Notes: generated by a model from the letters alone, not told the origin. A stretch of 64,000 bases of DNA from Bacilli bacterium (GCA_017435465.1 JAFSEX010000005.1:6793-70792); one strand, 5' to 3'; positions 18,537 to 29,699 are shown, counted from the stretch's first letter. Numbers and translations are program-made.

Positions 18537-21500
18537 ATGAAAAAGAAAAAAGGTTTGATTTTATTTTCAGTAATTGCTATAACTACAATATTATCTTTTG
18601 GGATATATAAAGTTTTAGCAGAACAACAATTTAATACTATTGCAACTATTGATAATGGAATAATTAATGATTTAAACGAAGAGTTTACATTAACTATTAA
18701 TGCAGATGATTTGCCAGGGGAAGGGTTAGCGTCAGGTCAATTTTATGTTGATTATAATCCAGATATATTCCAAGTAGAAACAACTAATGGAGAAATATCT
18801 GATAGTTCAATAGAATTTGGACAGGACAGAGATAATAATTTTTCTCACTCAATAAAACAATCAGACAATATAGGAAGAGTAACTGTTCTATATTATGATA
18901 ATAGTGCTAATTTAAATCAACCACTAGAAAATGGTGAGTTATTTAAATTGAAATTTAAATATATAGGCAACTTACTTGAACAAATTGATGATGAGCATGA
19001 AGAATTAATAACAATTTCTGGTGAAGGATTTTCAACAATACAAAGGGAAACAACACAAAATGGTGAAAATCTAGATATTGTCGATCTTGCTTCAAAATTT
19101 AATAATGTAAATGTTGTTATTAGAAATAGAGAATTAAAAATCAACAATGTAACTTCTAATGATGACAAAATTTATAATGGTAGAGTTAATAATTTATCAT
19201 TAAATTTAACATCAATTGATTTTGATGAAAATACTGAAATTTCATTTGATATTCAAAGAGAAAATTACTATGGAGATTTAAACTTTGATGGAATAATTGA
19301 TTCAGTAGATGTAAATTATCTTGAAAGTTATTTGGCAAAAAGTAGATTTTTATCAACAATTCAATATAAAGCAGCTGACGTAAATGGAGATAATAATTTA
19401 ACACAATCTGATGTGATTATTATTCAACAATATATAAGTAATACTTCCGCTTCACATTATAAAACAGGAGAATTGATGTCGGAGGCATCAAAAAATGAAA
19501 CAAACAAATTTACTGTTTCATCAAATAATGTGGGAAGTCCAATAGATGGAATATCAACAATAAATATAAATTTAGATACATTAAATACTATAGAAGTGGG
19601 AACATATAAAGTTGTTGCCAACATTGGTGATGTAGAATCTAATGTTTATACATTCCATGTTAAAGAACAACCTGTAACAAAAGTAGAACTTGATTCAAAC
19701 GAATATACTGTAGGAATTAATAATACTAAACAGGCAAATGCAACTATAACGCCAATTAATGCTCATGTTAAAAATATTAAATGGAGTGTTGAAGATGAAA
19801 ATATTGCTACAGTTGATGAATTTGGTGTAATAACAGGTGTAAGTGAAGGTACAACTTTACTATATGCAAAAAGTATGGATGGAACATTAATTCAAACAAG
19901 TGCAACGATAAATGTTGTTAATCAAATAATCAGTATAGATTCAAATGCTTTACAATATACACCTAGCAAATCTTATGGTGCATCATCTACAGGTAAAATA
20001 TACGATAAAGATGGTGGAACAATTAAAGGGAATGTTGCTATCGCAAATACTACAACAGATAATCTAAGTTATGTACTTGTAAGAAGTGATGATAATAATC
20101 AAACAAATATCATAGATAAAGTTAATGCTAATGTTACTTTAGCACAAGCAGGAAATATACATGAATTATCAATTACAATACCTGAAGAAACATTAGAAGC
20201 AGGAAGTTATGATTTCAAAATTATAAATGGAGAAAACATTGAGTCTAATATAATTAAAATAGTGATTAATGATTATATACCTGTAACAGGAGTGAATTTA
20301 AAACATAATGGTCAAAGTATTACAGGAATTAATATCTTAAAAGGAGACCAAGTTGAATTTGTTGCAGAAGTATTACCAGAAAATGCAACTAATAAAGATT
20401 TAATTTGGGGATTATCTGGAAATAATAAATTTATTCAAACTGAAACATCAGATACTTATCATCAAACAATTAAAGCAAATGATGTTGGTGATGGGACATT
20501 ATCTATAAAAAGTGCAGAAAATGAAAGTATTTCTAAATCTATTAAAATAAATGTAATTGATCCAACAGATACAGTTGGAACATCAGAAGTAACAAGTAAT
20601 ATTGTTGGAAATAATGTTATTGATGAAAGATTTGGTGGAGTATTTACAAATATAATCAATTTTACTGACGTAGAAGACAATACTACTTTAGAAGTAAGTT
20701 TATATAATGGTAATAATACATTAATTGAAACTGATAAATATGATGTTGAATCTGATTTAACAGTTATTAATAATAGTGCTGAAATATCTATAGAAATAGG
20801 GGATAATCAACTATCATCAGGAACTTATACAGTTAAATATAAATACATTTTAAATGATGTATATAAAACTGAAAAAACAGGTTCTTATGAAATTGTTATT
20901 CATGAATTTATACCTATTGAAACAATAGAAAGCACAGTTGAAAAAATAACTCTAATTAAAGGTCAAACATATACTTTTAGTGATTATACTGTTGCTCCAT
21001 CTAATGCAACATATAAAGTATTAAAATTTGAAGTTGATAATGAAAATATAAGTTTATCAACATGGTCAAAAGCAGAATTAACTGCAAATGCTACAGGTAC
21101 ATCAATATTAACTATCAAAACTCTTGATGGTAGTGAAAAAACAAAAGAAATATTAGTAGAAGTAATTGAACATGATATACATTCTGTTCATTTTGAAGTT
21201 GATTTAAATAATAAAAAAGTAAAAAGAATAAACGATAAATTAACTTATAATAATTTATTAGATAAGATTAATAAACATAATGAAATAACAACAAAAGCAT
21301 TTAGAAATGATGTAGAAATTAATTATGAAAAAGATTTAATTGGAACAGGTACATTGCTAAAAACATATTTAAATAATAAATTATTTAATACATACACAAT
21401 GATTGTAGATGGAGATATAGATGGTAATGGTAAAGTTGTTGCAAACGACATATTATTTGTTAAATCACACATATTGAAAAAGCAAACTTTAGAGGGAATA

Positions 21501-21608
21501 TATTTTGAAGCGGGAGATATTGATAAAAATGGTTCAGCAAATGCTACTGATATTTTATATATGAAAAGATATATTTTAAGTAAGTCTGATAATGTGTGGG
21601 GTGATTAA
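18537..21608 (+). CDS. large secreted protein: N-terminal cohesin-like module, internal dockerin, several Big_2-like repeats, C-terminal dockerin
   Basis: Start at ATG 18537 behind SD TAGGAGGAAG, with a signal peptide. Cohesin-like GLASGQFYVDYNPDIF, Ca-binding repeats DLNFDGIIDSVD / DVNGDNNLTQSD, and a C-terminal pair DIDGNGKVVANDIL / DIDKNGSANATDIL. Big_2-like repeats include ATITPINA...KWSVEDENIATVD. Confidence 0.7.
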   Translation: MKKKKGLILFSVIAITTILSFGIYKVLAEQQFNTIATIDNGIINDLNEEFTLTINADDLPGEGLASGQFYVDYNPDIFQVETTNGEISDSSIEFGQDRDNNFSHSIKQSDNIGRVTVLYYDNSANLNQPLENGELFKLKFKYIGNLLEQIDDEHEELITISGEGFSTIQRETTQNGENLDIVDLASKFNNVNVVIRNRELKINNVTSNDDKIYNGRVNNLSLNLTSIDFDENTEISFDIQRENYYGDLNFDGIIDSVDVNYLESYLAKSRFLSTIQYKAADVNGDNNLTQSDVIIIQQYISNTSASHYKTGELMSEASKNETNKFTVSSNNVGSPIDGISTININLDTLNTIEVGTYKVVANIGDVESNVYTFHVKEQPVTKVELDSNEYTVGINNTKQANATITPINAHVKNIKWSVEDENIATVDEFGVITGVSEGTTLLYAKSMDGTLIQTSATINVVNQIISIDSNALQYTPSKSYGASSTGKIYDKDGGTIKGNVAIANTTTDNLSYVLVRSDDNNQTNIIDKVNANVTLAQAGNIHELSITIPEETLEAGSYDFKIINGENIESNIIKIVINDYIPVTGVNLKHNGQSITGINILKGDQVEFVAEVLPENATNKDLIWGLSGNNKFIQTETSDTYHQTIKANDVGDGTLSIKSAENESISKSIKINVIDPTDTVGTSEVTSNIVGNNVIDERFGGVFTNIINFTDVEDNTTLEVSLYNGNNTLIETDKYDVESDLTVINNSAEISIEIGDNQLSSGTYTVKYKYILNDVYKTEKTGSYEIVIHEFIPIETIESTVEKITLIKGQTYTFSDYTVAPSNATYKVLKFEVDNENISLSTWSKAELTANATGTSILTIKTLDGSEKTKEILVEVIEHDIHSVHFEVDLNNKKVKRINDKLTYNNLLDKINKHNEITTKAFRNDVEINYEKDLIGTGTLLKTYLNNKLFNTYTMIVDGDIDGNGKVVANDILFVKSHILKKQTLEGIYFEAGDIDKNGSANATDILYMKRYILSKSDNVWGD

Positions 21609-21609
21609 G

Positions 21610-22515
21610 TTGTTTAAGAAAATATTATGGATCGTTCCTTTGGTTATTTTACTTTCAACAACTAATGTATATGCTGCATCATTTGATATGGATTTGGTAA
21701 TAGACCAAACAACAGTAACTAAAGGTGAAGATTTAAATGTAAAATTATCTAATAAAAATTTAGATAATAATGGATTAGCATCAGGTCAATTTTATATTGA
21801 GTACGATACAAACTATTATAATTTCAGTTGTGATGATGTAACATATAAACGAAATGTTACATCTTCTGAAATTGATTGTAATGTGTCTAATAACCAAATA
21901 ATTATTATGTATGTTGATGAAGATGCAGGAGATAGTCCAATAACTAACGGAGAATTTTTAAATTTAAAATTCAACGTTAAAACAGGTGTTACAACTACAA
22001 CACCAACTACTTTTAAATTAAGTGGTGAAGGATTTTCAAGTGTTAATGGGAGTAAGATTGTTAATTTAACGTCTAATTCAAATATCACTAAAACTGTTTC
22101 AATAGAAAAACAAAAAAATTCAGATATTTATTTAGGAACATTAAGTATTGATGGATATAATATAGGATTTGATAAAAATAAATTTGAATATTCAATTGAA
22201 GTAGAAAACAATGTATCTAAAATAAATATAAAGGCAACTACTAATACTTCAACATCTACTGTAGTTGGTAGTGGAGAAAAAGAATTAGTAGTTGGGGATA
22301 ATAAATTTACATTAACAGTAACCGCAGAAAATGGTTCAACACAAAACTATGTTATTAATGTAAAAAGGTTAGATGTTGCAAAAGATACAGGAACAATTAA
22401 AGAAAATCCTCAAACAGGAGTAAATCATAGTGTAACAGCTATTGTGTTCATACTTATAGCAGGTGTTGCTACATTATATATTACAAGAAAGAGAAATTTC
22501 TTTCCAAAGATTTAA
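21610..22515 (+). CDS. cell-wall-anchored cohesin-like scaffold with cadherin-like beta-sandwich module and NPQTG sorting signal
   Basis: Signal peptide, GLASGQFYIEYDTNYY, and a LSIDGYNIGFDKNKFEYSIEV module. NPQTG (22405-22419) is followed by a hydrophobic helix and an RKRNFFPKI tail. The start is TTG 21610 or ATG 21592. Confidence 0.65.
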   Translation: MFKKILWIVPLVILLSTTNVYAASFDMDLVIDQTTVTKGEDLNVKLSNKNLDNNGLASGQFYIEYDTNYYNFSCDDVTYKRNVTSSEIDCNVSNNQIIIMYVDEDAGDSPITNGEFLNLKFNVKTGVTTTTPTTFKLSGEGFSSVNGSKIVNLTSNSNITKTVSIEKQKNSDIYLGTLSIDGYNIGFDKNKFEYSIEVENNVSKINIKATTNTSTSTVVGSGEKELVVGDNKFTLTVTAENGSTQNYVINVKRLDVAKDTGTIKENPQTGVNHSVTAIVFILIAGVATLYITRKRNFFPKI

Positions 22516-22524
22516 GGAGAATTT

Positions 22525-23592
22525 ATGAAGAAAGTATTTTTAATGATTCTTCCAATATTAATGTTATTTATGCCAACAGTTGTAAATGCTAGTACTAATT
22601 TTAATACTAGCATTTCTGTTAGTAGTAGTGATATTAAATTGGATAAAGAGTTTAGTATATCAATTAATTTATCAAATTTAAGTAGTTCAGGTTTAGCATC
22701 TGGACAATATTATATCTCATACGATAAAAGTAAAATGTCGTATTTAGGATATTCAGTAGGACAAAATAAACCTGCAGCAGATTATAGTGTAAGTGATAAC
22801 AATGGTAATATTGTTGTATTATATGTAGATAATACAGCAGGAGAAAACATATTAAAAAATGGTGTGTTTGCTACTTTAAGATTTAAAGCAATAAAAGAGG
22901 GAACAGGTAGTATTAATTTGTCTGGTGAGGGTTTTGCAACTATTACTGATTCAATTATTGATTTATCAACAAATACTGCTAATAAATCAATTACAATAAC
23001 AAAAGAAGTTGTTGTTCCGCCGGCACAAGAGGAAAATAAAAATAATAACAATAGCAATAATACAAACAACAATAGTAATTCAAATAATACTTCAAATAAA
23101 ACTGAAACTAAAAAAGAAGAAGTAAAAAAAGAAGAATCAAAATTAAGTAATGATGCATTATTAAAAAAATTGGAAATAAAGGAATTAGAATTAAAGTTTA
23201 GTAGTGATAAAACTGATTATAAAATATCAGTACCTTATGAAACTACTAAATTAAATATAAGTTATGAGACTTCACATGATAAAGCAACTGTAGAATTAGA
23301 TAATAAACCATTACAAGTAGGTAACAATGAAATAACAATTAAAGTAATTGCTGAAGATAAAACAGAAAAAATATATAAAATAACAGTTACAAGAAATGAA
23401 GAACTACCTGTTATAGATTTAGATGATGATAACGAAAAGAATGATATAGAAATAGAAAAACAAGATAATGCTGAACCTAAAGAGAATAATACAACAAAAA
23501 TTATTGTTTGTTCAATAGTAATAATATTATCATTAGTACTTGGAGGATATGCATTATATATTACTATTAAAAAGGATGTGAAAGAAGTATGA
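22525..23592 (+). CDS. membrane-anchored cohesin-like scaffold with N/K/E-rich linker and cadherin-like module
   Basis: Signal peptide, GLASGQYYISYDKSKM, an Asn-rich low-complexity linker, LEIKELELKFSSDKTDYKISV, and a C-terminal TM helix. Confidence 0.6.
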   Translation: MKKVFLMILPILMLFMPTVVNASTNFNTSISVSSSDIKLDKEFSISINLSNLSSSGLASGQYYISYDKSKMSYLGYSVGQNKPAADYSVSDNNGNIVVLYVDNTAGENILKNGVFATLRFKAIKEGTGSINLSGEGFATITDSIIDLSTNTANKSITITKEVVVPPAQEENKNNNNSNNTNNNSNSNNTSNKTETKKEEVKKEESKLSNDALLKKLEIKELELKFSSDKTDYKISVPYETTKLNISYETSHDKATVELDNKPLQVGNNEITIKVIAEDKTEKIYKITVTRNEELPVIDLDDDNEKNDIEIEKQDNAEPKENNTTKIIVCSIVIILSLVLGGYALYITIKKDVKEV

Positions 23593-26500
23593 AAAAATGG
23601 AAAAACAAAAAATTAATTATCATCTTATCATTCTTTTTCGTCTTTGCACTAGTAAGTGCGTTTATAAATAATGCATTTTTTAAACCTACTAAATTAAATG
23701 CATTTATTACCGCAAAAATTTACAAAAGTCCTTCAAATATTTCATTTAAAGATGATGCGTTATATAAATGCGTTATTGATGCTTATAACATTCAAAATAA
23801 TACAGAAGAACCATATACAACAAGTTTGTCTGAAACTCAATTGTCAACAATAGAAAATTTAGCTTGTTCTGGAACAATATATGAAGTTGATGGAATTGAA
23901 ACTTTAACTAATTTAAAGAAATTAGATATTATTCTTGATACCTATAGATATTACAATATAGATATTTCAAATAAAGAGTTACAAGAAATTAATATTATTG
24001 CGTCAGATAATCTATTATTAAATCTTGAACAAGCGACAAAACTTACAAAATTACATGTTGATGTAGGAGAAATATTAGGTACTTTAGATTTAAGTAATAA
24101 CATTGATCTGACTGATTTAAAAATAGACACTTCCAAATATGGGACTTATACAGGTGATAAATTGATACTAAATAATAATATTAATTTAAAAAGTCTAGAT
24201 TTAAATATTACTTCATATTCTTTTGGTGAAGTCCTTGATATATCATCCAATACCAACCTAGAAAAATTAAAGATACATGATGGATATATGAGTGAAATTA
24301 TTTTTAGTAATTATCAAGACCTAAAAGAAATAGACTTTAGTTTAGGTGATTTAGCTACCGAAGTAAATTTAAATAAAATGCCTAATTTGGAAAAATTAAA
24401 AATCCATAACAATGGGTCTGAAATACTTGGGTTTTCTGAGTTAACTAAATTAAAAGAAATAAATTTAAATTATAATACATATATAGATACATTGGATTTG
24501 AGTAATAGTTCATATTTGGAATCAGCAAATTTAATTGGAAATGGATTTATTTCTGTTACACTAGATAGTGATAGCTTAGAAACAGTCAATGTATCTAACA
24601 ACAATAATAATAATTTATCTATATCAAGTAATAAATTGAATGATGTTACAATAAGTGGAAGTAAATTAAAAACATTAGTGTTTAACAATAATACTATTGA
24701 TACACTTAATTTAAGTTCAACTCCATTATTAAATTCGATTACTATTGATAGTTCTGCACTTAAAAATATAAATATTCAAGATAGTTCTGAACCATTATCA
24801 AGTTTAACTGTTTCTATTTCCGGAACAGAAGAAATGAGTCTTAATGGTAAAGTAAATGAATTAAATTTAGAAAGTCCAACCCTTAAAAATTTGAACGTAA
24901 GTAATTTAGGTTTAATTAATTTAAATATTGATAATTCTACTGGTCTTGAAATATTAAATGTAAATAATAATAATTTAGATTCATTGGATTTAAATAATAA
25001 TAGTCAAATTAAAAATATAAATTTAAGCAATAATTCTATTAGTGAATTAGATATTTCATCAAATACAGAACTTTCAGAATTAATTGCAAACAGTAATAAA
25101 ATAAGTAGTATAGACTTATCAAATAATACAAAATTAGCTGTTTTAGAATTAAATGATAATCTGTTAAATGACATTGATTTTGCTAATAACAATAGATTGA
25201 TATCTTTAAAAATAAATGAAAATAATTTAAAAACACTAGATTTCAAAAATTGTACTTATTTTGAATCATTATCGGCAACTAACAATTCAAATTTAGAATA
25301 TGTTAATTTGGAAAATAATAAATATGTTGAAACAATTGATTTGTTTAGCAGTCTTAATTGTGATGGTGAACAGGATGAATATAATTCTTGTCTAAGTAAT
25401 AATGCTTTTAGAGGCAAGGTGAAATTACATCCAGAAACAAATACTATTTCATTTAGTGCATCTTCATATAAGAGAACAGGAGTTTTTAGTTCTGTACATC
25501 CCTTAATCTATAGTTGTCCAAGTCGTACATATGATTTTGCATATAACTTTTTTGAGAATTATAATCCACTTGAAAACACACATACTCTTGATTTATCTGC
25601 TGGAAATGTATTTAGAAAATATGATGGAAATATTAGATATTGTGAAACTGCTTTCTATATTGACGGTGGTCTTTACAGGGAAACAAATGCTGTTTATTTT
25701 ATAGAATTAGCGTCAAATTCTTCATATTTTATTGATACTGATGAAAATTTTATAGATATATATGATGAAAAAATTTCAAACAATATATTGGATAATTTAT
25801 CATTAAATTATGGTGAAATGAGAATTAATAATGATAAATTACAAGTGTTATTCGACAATGAAGTAATAAAAGAATTTGACATTAGGACAACCTATGTTTC
25901 ACCAATCAATATAAATAATAAAGTTTTATCGAATACAATTAACAATGATAATAGCTGGTATAAAGGTTATAATGGAAATTTTTCATTTGATATAATCGCT
26001 AATGATGAAAATCTTGATTTAAATACTTTAAACGTTAGTGTTATTAAAAATAATAGTGATGTTAGTCATATATTTAATATTGATAAAGAAATTGTTGATG
26101 ATAAATTAACTATTAATATTTATAATATATCTGCGTCATGTGATATTGGGGATTATTATGTTAATATTAGTGATAGTAATGAGGTAATGGATACTATACT
26201 GTTTACAATATCAGAACCTACAAAAGTTAGTAATATTACTACAGAAAATATTAGAACAGTTAATGTTGATGAAATTATTGATATTAATTATAAAATTTTA
26301 CCAGAAAATGCAACCAATAAACAATTAGAATTAATAATTGCCGATGAAAGTATTGCAATAATTGAAAATGGTAAGATAAAAGGTTTAAAAGAAGGTGAAA
26401 CAACCTTAACATTAAAAGCAACTGATGGTAGTAATATTGTAAAAACAATCACTATAAAAGTTATTGATTTTGATATTAAAACTGATAAATATAATATAGA

Positions 26501-26900
26501 TGATAATTTAGTAATTAAAAAAATAAAAGACAAATTATTATTTGATAATTTCATTAATGATTTTACAGTTAATAGTGATATAAATATTAAGGTATTTAAT
26601 AATGATGTTGAAATTGATTATACAAAATCATTAGGAACAGGACACAAATTAAAAACATATTCTAATGATGAATTATTAAATGAATATACATTAATTGTGT
26701 CTGGTGATATAAATGGTGATGGACAATCTAATGCAGCTGATATTATATTTATGAAAAGTCATATATTAGGTAAAAGTACTTTAGATGGTATTTTATTTAA
26801 AGCAGGAGATATTGATGAAAACAATTCTGTAAATGCTACTGATATTATATATTTGAAAAGTTATATTTTGGGTAAAACTAATAATGTATGGAGTAGTTAA
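23589..26900 (+). CDS. large secreted leucine-rich-repeat protein with Big_2-like domain and C-terminal dockerin
   Basis: There are about 20 LxxLxLxxN-type repeats (residues ~100-560), and Big_2-like ILPENATNKQLELIIADESIAIIENGKIKGLKEGETTL. The dockerin pair is DINGDGQSNAADII / DIDENNSVNATDII. The last ~130 aa are homologous to the C terminus of 18537-21608. Confidence 0.7.
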   Translation: MKKWKNKKLIIILSFFFVFALVSAFINNAFFKPTKLNAFITAKIYKSPSNISFKDDALYKCVIDAYNIQNNTEEPYTTSLSETQLSTIENLACSGTIYEVDGIETLTNLKKLDIILDTYRYYNIDISNKELQEINIIASDNLLLNLEQATKLTKLHVDVGEILGTLDLSNNIDLTDLKIDTSKYGTYTGDKLILNNNINLKSLDLNITSYSFGEVLDISSNTNLEKLKIHDGYMSEIIFSNYQDLKEIDFSLGDLATEVNLNKMPNLEKLKIHNNGSEILGFSELTKLKEINLNYNTYIDTLDLSNSSYLESANLIGNGFISVTLDSDSLETVNVSNNNNNNLSISSNKLNDVTISGSKLKTLVFNNNTIDTLNLSSTPLLNSITIDSSALKNINIQDSSEPLSSLTVSISGTEEMSLNGKVNELNLESPTLKNLNVSNLGLINLNIDNSTGLEILNVNNNNLDSLDLNNNSQIKNINLSNNSISELDISSNTELSELIANSNKISSIDLSNNTKLAVLELNDNLLNDIDFANNNRLISLKINENNLKTLDFKNCTYFESLSATNNSNLEYVNLENNKYVETIDLFSSLNCDGEQDEYNSCLSNNAFRGKVKLHPETNTISFSASSYKRTGVFSSVHPLIYSCPSRTYDFAYNFFENYNPLENTHTLDLSAGNVFRKYDGNIRYCETAFYIDGGLYRETNAVYFIELASNSSYFIDTDENFIDIYDEKISNNILDNLSLNYGEMRINNDKLQVLFDNEVIKEFDIRTTYVSPININNKVLSNTINNDNSWYKGYNGNFSFDIIANDENLDLNTLNVSVIKNNSDVSHIFNIDKEIVDDKLTINIYNISASCDIGDYYVNISDSNEVMDTILFTISEPTKVSNITTENIRTVNVDEIIDINYKILPENATNKQLELIIADESIAIIENGKIKGLKEGETTLTLKATDGSNIVKTITIKVIDFDIKTDKYNIDDNLVIKKIKDKLLFDNFINDFTVNSDINIKVFNNDVEIDYTKSLGTGHKLKTYSNDELLNEYTLIVSGDINGDGQSNAADIIFMKSHILGKSTLDGILFKAGDIDENNSVNATDIIYLKSYILGKTNNVWSS

Positions 26901-27023
26901 AATTATTTTATAAATAATTCACATAATTTTATAATTTTATTAAGGGTATGGGATTCCCCCATAATTTGAAAATGTTAGGAGTCCATTTTCAGTGCTTGCC
27001 AAGACAAAAATATTGATAATTCT

Positions 27024-27052
27024 AAAAACGAGGAAAATTTTTTCCTCGTTTT
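27024..27052. terminator. bidirectional intrinsic terminator
   Basis: AAAAACGAGGAAAATTTTTTCCTCGTTTT: a 9-bp stem flanked by A- and T-runs. Confidence 0.65.
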
Positions 27053-27389
27053 AATCATAAATTAATTCATTTAAAACTATTTCTTCTGCAATATTTTTAT
27101 AATTATTCATTAGTTGTACCCACTCAAGTTGGTTGATTTCTTTATTTTTTTCAGACAGTTTTTCATCACTTTTGATGTAATTATCCATCAGAATTTTTAC
27201 TTTTTCTTCTGCCATTTCACCAACTGAAAATAAATAATTGTTTAATTCACCACACATTAATAGGTATTCATATAATGCTTTTTTATTATGTTTTATATGA
27301 ACTAATTTTAATAAACCATATTTATTTAATTGTTTTTCATCATTGTTAACTACTATATATTTTACTTTCATTTTATTAATTCCTTTCAT
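27051..27389 (-). CDS. hypothetical protein (element X)
   Basis: Intact ORF immediately downstream of the recombinase on the same strand. Confidence 0.4.
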   Translation of the reverse strand: MKGINKMKVKYIVVNNDEKQLNKYGLLKLVHIKHNKKALYEYLLMCGELNNYLFSVGEMAEEKVKILMDNYIKSDEKLSEKNKEINQLEWVQLMNNYKNIAEEIVLNELIYD

Positions 27390-29180
27390 TTATTCATAAA
27401 TTATTTTAGTTTTTGGTATAAGCATAAGGTTATCAATGATGTTTCCTTTGCTTATTAGAGGACAATTTATAATGCCGTCATAATAGAAATGTTCACTTAC
27501 TAGAGAACAAAATGCTTCTTGTTCTAGAGTAGAATATTCATTATTTTGATATTTATTTAATGAATATATGTAGTAATTTTTCTCATATTTAGGTATGTCA
27601 TCCACACTTATTTGTTCATAATACTTAATTCCCATATTATCATTTTGTAAAATATCATTAAGATATTCTAAATATTCTTTATTACTTTTTGATATAAATT
27701 CATCATAAAACTTAATATTTTTGATTTCAATATTATAATTTTTTTCTCTAGTTATTTCTAAACTTGATATAAGTTTTTGTATTAAATCTTTCTTTGTTTG
27801 TCTTTTTAGACTATCCCACACAAAAGAAAATCCTAATTTATTGAACATAATATTTTCATTATTTTGATAATCACAGTCTATTTTTTTAACTAATTCTACT
27901 ACATATTCTTTAAAATCATCATCTGGATTTAATAATTCTTTTTTCTTATTTAACTTTTGAATTTCTTTTTTTATGGTTTCATTTTTAGTATTAATGGTAT
28001 CAACAGGTAATGTTGATGAGATATATAAATCAACTAATCGTTTTTCTTGTAGTTTTAATTTTTCTATTGCTTTATCAATATCTTTAATATCTTTTGATTT
28101 AGTAGAGTTACATACTATAATTTCATTATCCATATCATACATATATCTAGTTAATTCATTTAATATACGACCTAATCTTTTTTCAATTTTATCAGAACTA
28201 TAATGTAAACCTTTTGATTTACAGTTAGGATTTTTACAAGTTAAATGATAATATTCAATTCTATTTTTATTTCTATCATATTTATAAGATATAGTAGAAG
28301 ATAGTATTTTAGAACATTCTGGGCACTTTACAATAGAAGTAAATAAATGTATATGTTCTCCATAGTTTGGATGTTTATTCTTCTCTAAATTAGTTCTAGT
28401 AACATTCCAAGTATTCATATCTATAATTGGTTCACAATAGTTTTCAACTCTTAAAATATCTTCATCTTTTCTTCTATATTTACCATATTCAAATATCCCA
28501 ATATAAATAGAATTAGTTAATATTTTATAAACTCTATCTGCTCTCCATTTTCCTTCTTTTAGATATGCATTTGTTTCGTTTAGAATACTCGCAATACCTC
28601 TTGTAGAATGCCTATCTTTACACAAATTAAATATTTCTTTAACTACTTGTGCCTCAATAGGTTCTATCTCTAAATGACCTGTTTCTTTATTTCTAACATA
28701 TCCATAGGGTGATTTAGCAGGGTGTATTTTAGATAATGCCATTTCTTCCATAGCACGTTTAGTTCTTGCACCTATTTCTTTTCTTTCTCTTTGTCCAAAT
28801 ACTAAATTCATTCCAAATATCATTTCACCATTAGCAGTTCCTACATCATAAGGTTCTAATATCAGTTCAATTTTTACATCGTGTTTTTCACAATAATTAA
28901 GTAACCAAAATCCATCGTAATTATTTCTAGTTAGTCTATCTACTTTTATTGCGACTAACTTATCAATCTTTTTTGCCTTAATATCTTTTAATAATCTTTG
29001 CATTTCTGGTCTCATTAAATCTTTTCCAGAATAACCTGCATCATTATAAACATCAATAATAGAATATTCATTCTTTTCACAATATTCTTTAATCATACGA
29101 AGTTGTGAATCAATAGAGTATCCATTATCTCTTTGATCGTCTGTACTTACTCTTACATATATTGCGCATCTTTTACTCAC
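27390..29180 (-). CDS. large serine recombinase
   Basis: N-terminal resolvase catalytic domain CAIYVRVSTDDQ...GYSIDSQ, a recombinase domain, and a zinc-ribbon CPEC...C..C region. GTG start lies 9 nt after SD AAGGAG. Confidence 0.85.
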   Translation of the reverse strand: MSKRCAIYVRVSTDDQRDNGYSIDSQLRMIKEYCEKNEYSIIDVYNDAGYSGKDLMRPEMQRLLKDIKAKKIDKLVAIKVDRLTRNNYDGFWLLNYCEKHDVKIELILEPYDVGTANGEMIFGMNLVFGQRERKEIGARTKRAMEEMALSKIHPAKSPYGYVRNKETGHLEIEPIEAQVVKEIFNLCKDRHSTRGIASILNETNAYLKEGKWRADRVYKILTNSIYIGIFEYGKYRRKDEDILRVENYCEPIIDMNTWNVTRTNLEKNKHPNYGEHIHLFTSIVKCPECSKILSSTISYKYDRNKNRIEYYHLTCKNPNCKSKGLHYSSDKIEKRLGRILNELTRYMYDMDNEIIVCNSTKSKDIKDIDKAIEKLKLQEKRLVDLYISSTLPVDTINTKNETIKKEIQKLNKKKELLNPDDDFKEYVVELVKKIDCDYQNNENIMFNKLGFSFVWDSLKRQTKKDLIQKLISSLEITREKNYNIEIKNIKFYDEFISKSNKEYLEYLNDILQNDNMGIKYYEQISVDDIPKYEKNYYIYSLNKYQNNEYSTLEQEAFCSLVSEHFYYDGIINCPLISKGNIIDNLMLIPKTKIIYE

Positions 29181-29375
29181 TCAAATCATCTCCTTTTGTA
29201 TATTCGTAACACTGAATTTGTACTCCCAATAAAAAAGTCACTGGTTTTATTAACCAATGACTTGTAATTTTTTTAAATTATAATATTTTTCAAATTTCAG
29301 TACTTTCATACGTGATTACCTCCGATGTATATATCTCCTAACTTGGTTTCATTATAATTTATTTTATTATTTAAG

Positions 29376-29660
29376 TCAATTGGCTAATTTTTGTAGAATT
29401 GATTTGAGTTCTTTAAGATTATATTTCTTGTTGTATTCTTTGATATAAAATGGTTTATTACTAATCTCATTTACTTTATATTCAAGTATTGTAAGAGTAG
29501 TAGGTTCTGTAATTAAATATTCTGTTGGTTCAATAAATTGTAGATTTGTCTTTTCTAAATGTTTTACTTTGCCATTTTTAGTTTTGTAAGTGTAGTTTTT
29601 AATTAGTTCTAGAACCTCAGTATTTGGTTTAAGTATTTCTAATGTTTTAAATTCAAGCAT
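29376..29660 (-). CDS. small conserved protein upstream of the serine recombinase (paralog of 35187-35462)
   Basis: Start ATG 29660 behind SD AAGGAGG. It shares the LEKTNLQFIEP / LDKTNLTYIEP block with the element Y protein. Confidence 0.5.
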   Translation of the reverse strand: MLEFKTLEILKPNTEVLELIKNYTYKTKNGKVKHLEKTNLQFIEPTEYLITEPTTLTILEYKVNEISNKPFYIKEYNKKYNLKELKSILQKLAN

Positions 29661-29699
29661 TAAAAAATGTCCTCCTTTCCAGAAAGAGAACATTTAAGT

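Noticed and set aside
26940-27000. AGGAGTCCATTTTCAG at ~26973 as a third, inverted copy of the GCTCCATTTGA core marking the left end of element X
   Set aside because: Only ~7 nt (TCCATTT) match, which is within chance expectation for AT-rich sequence. No associated hairpin or terminator architecture is present.
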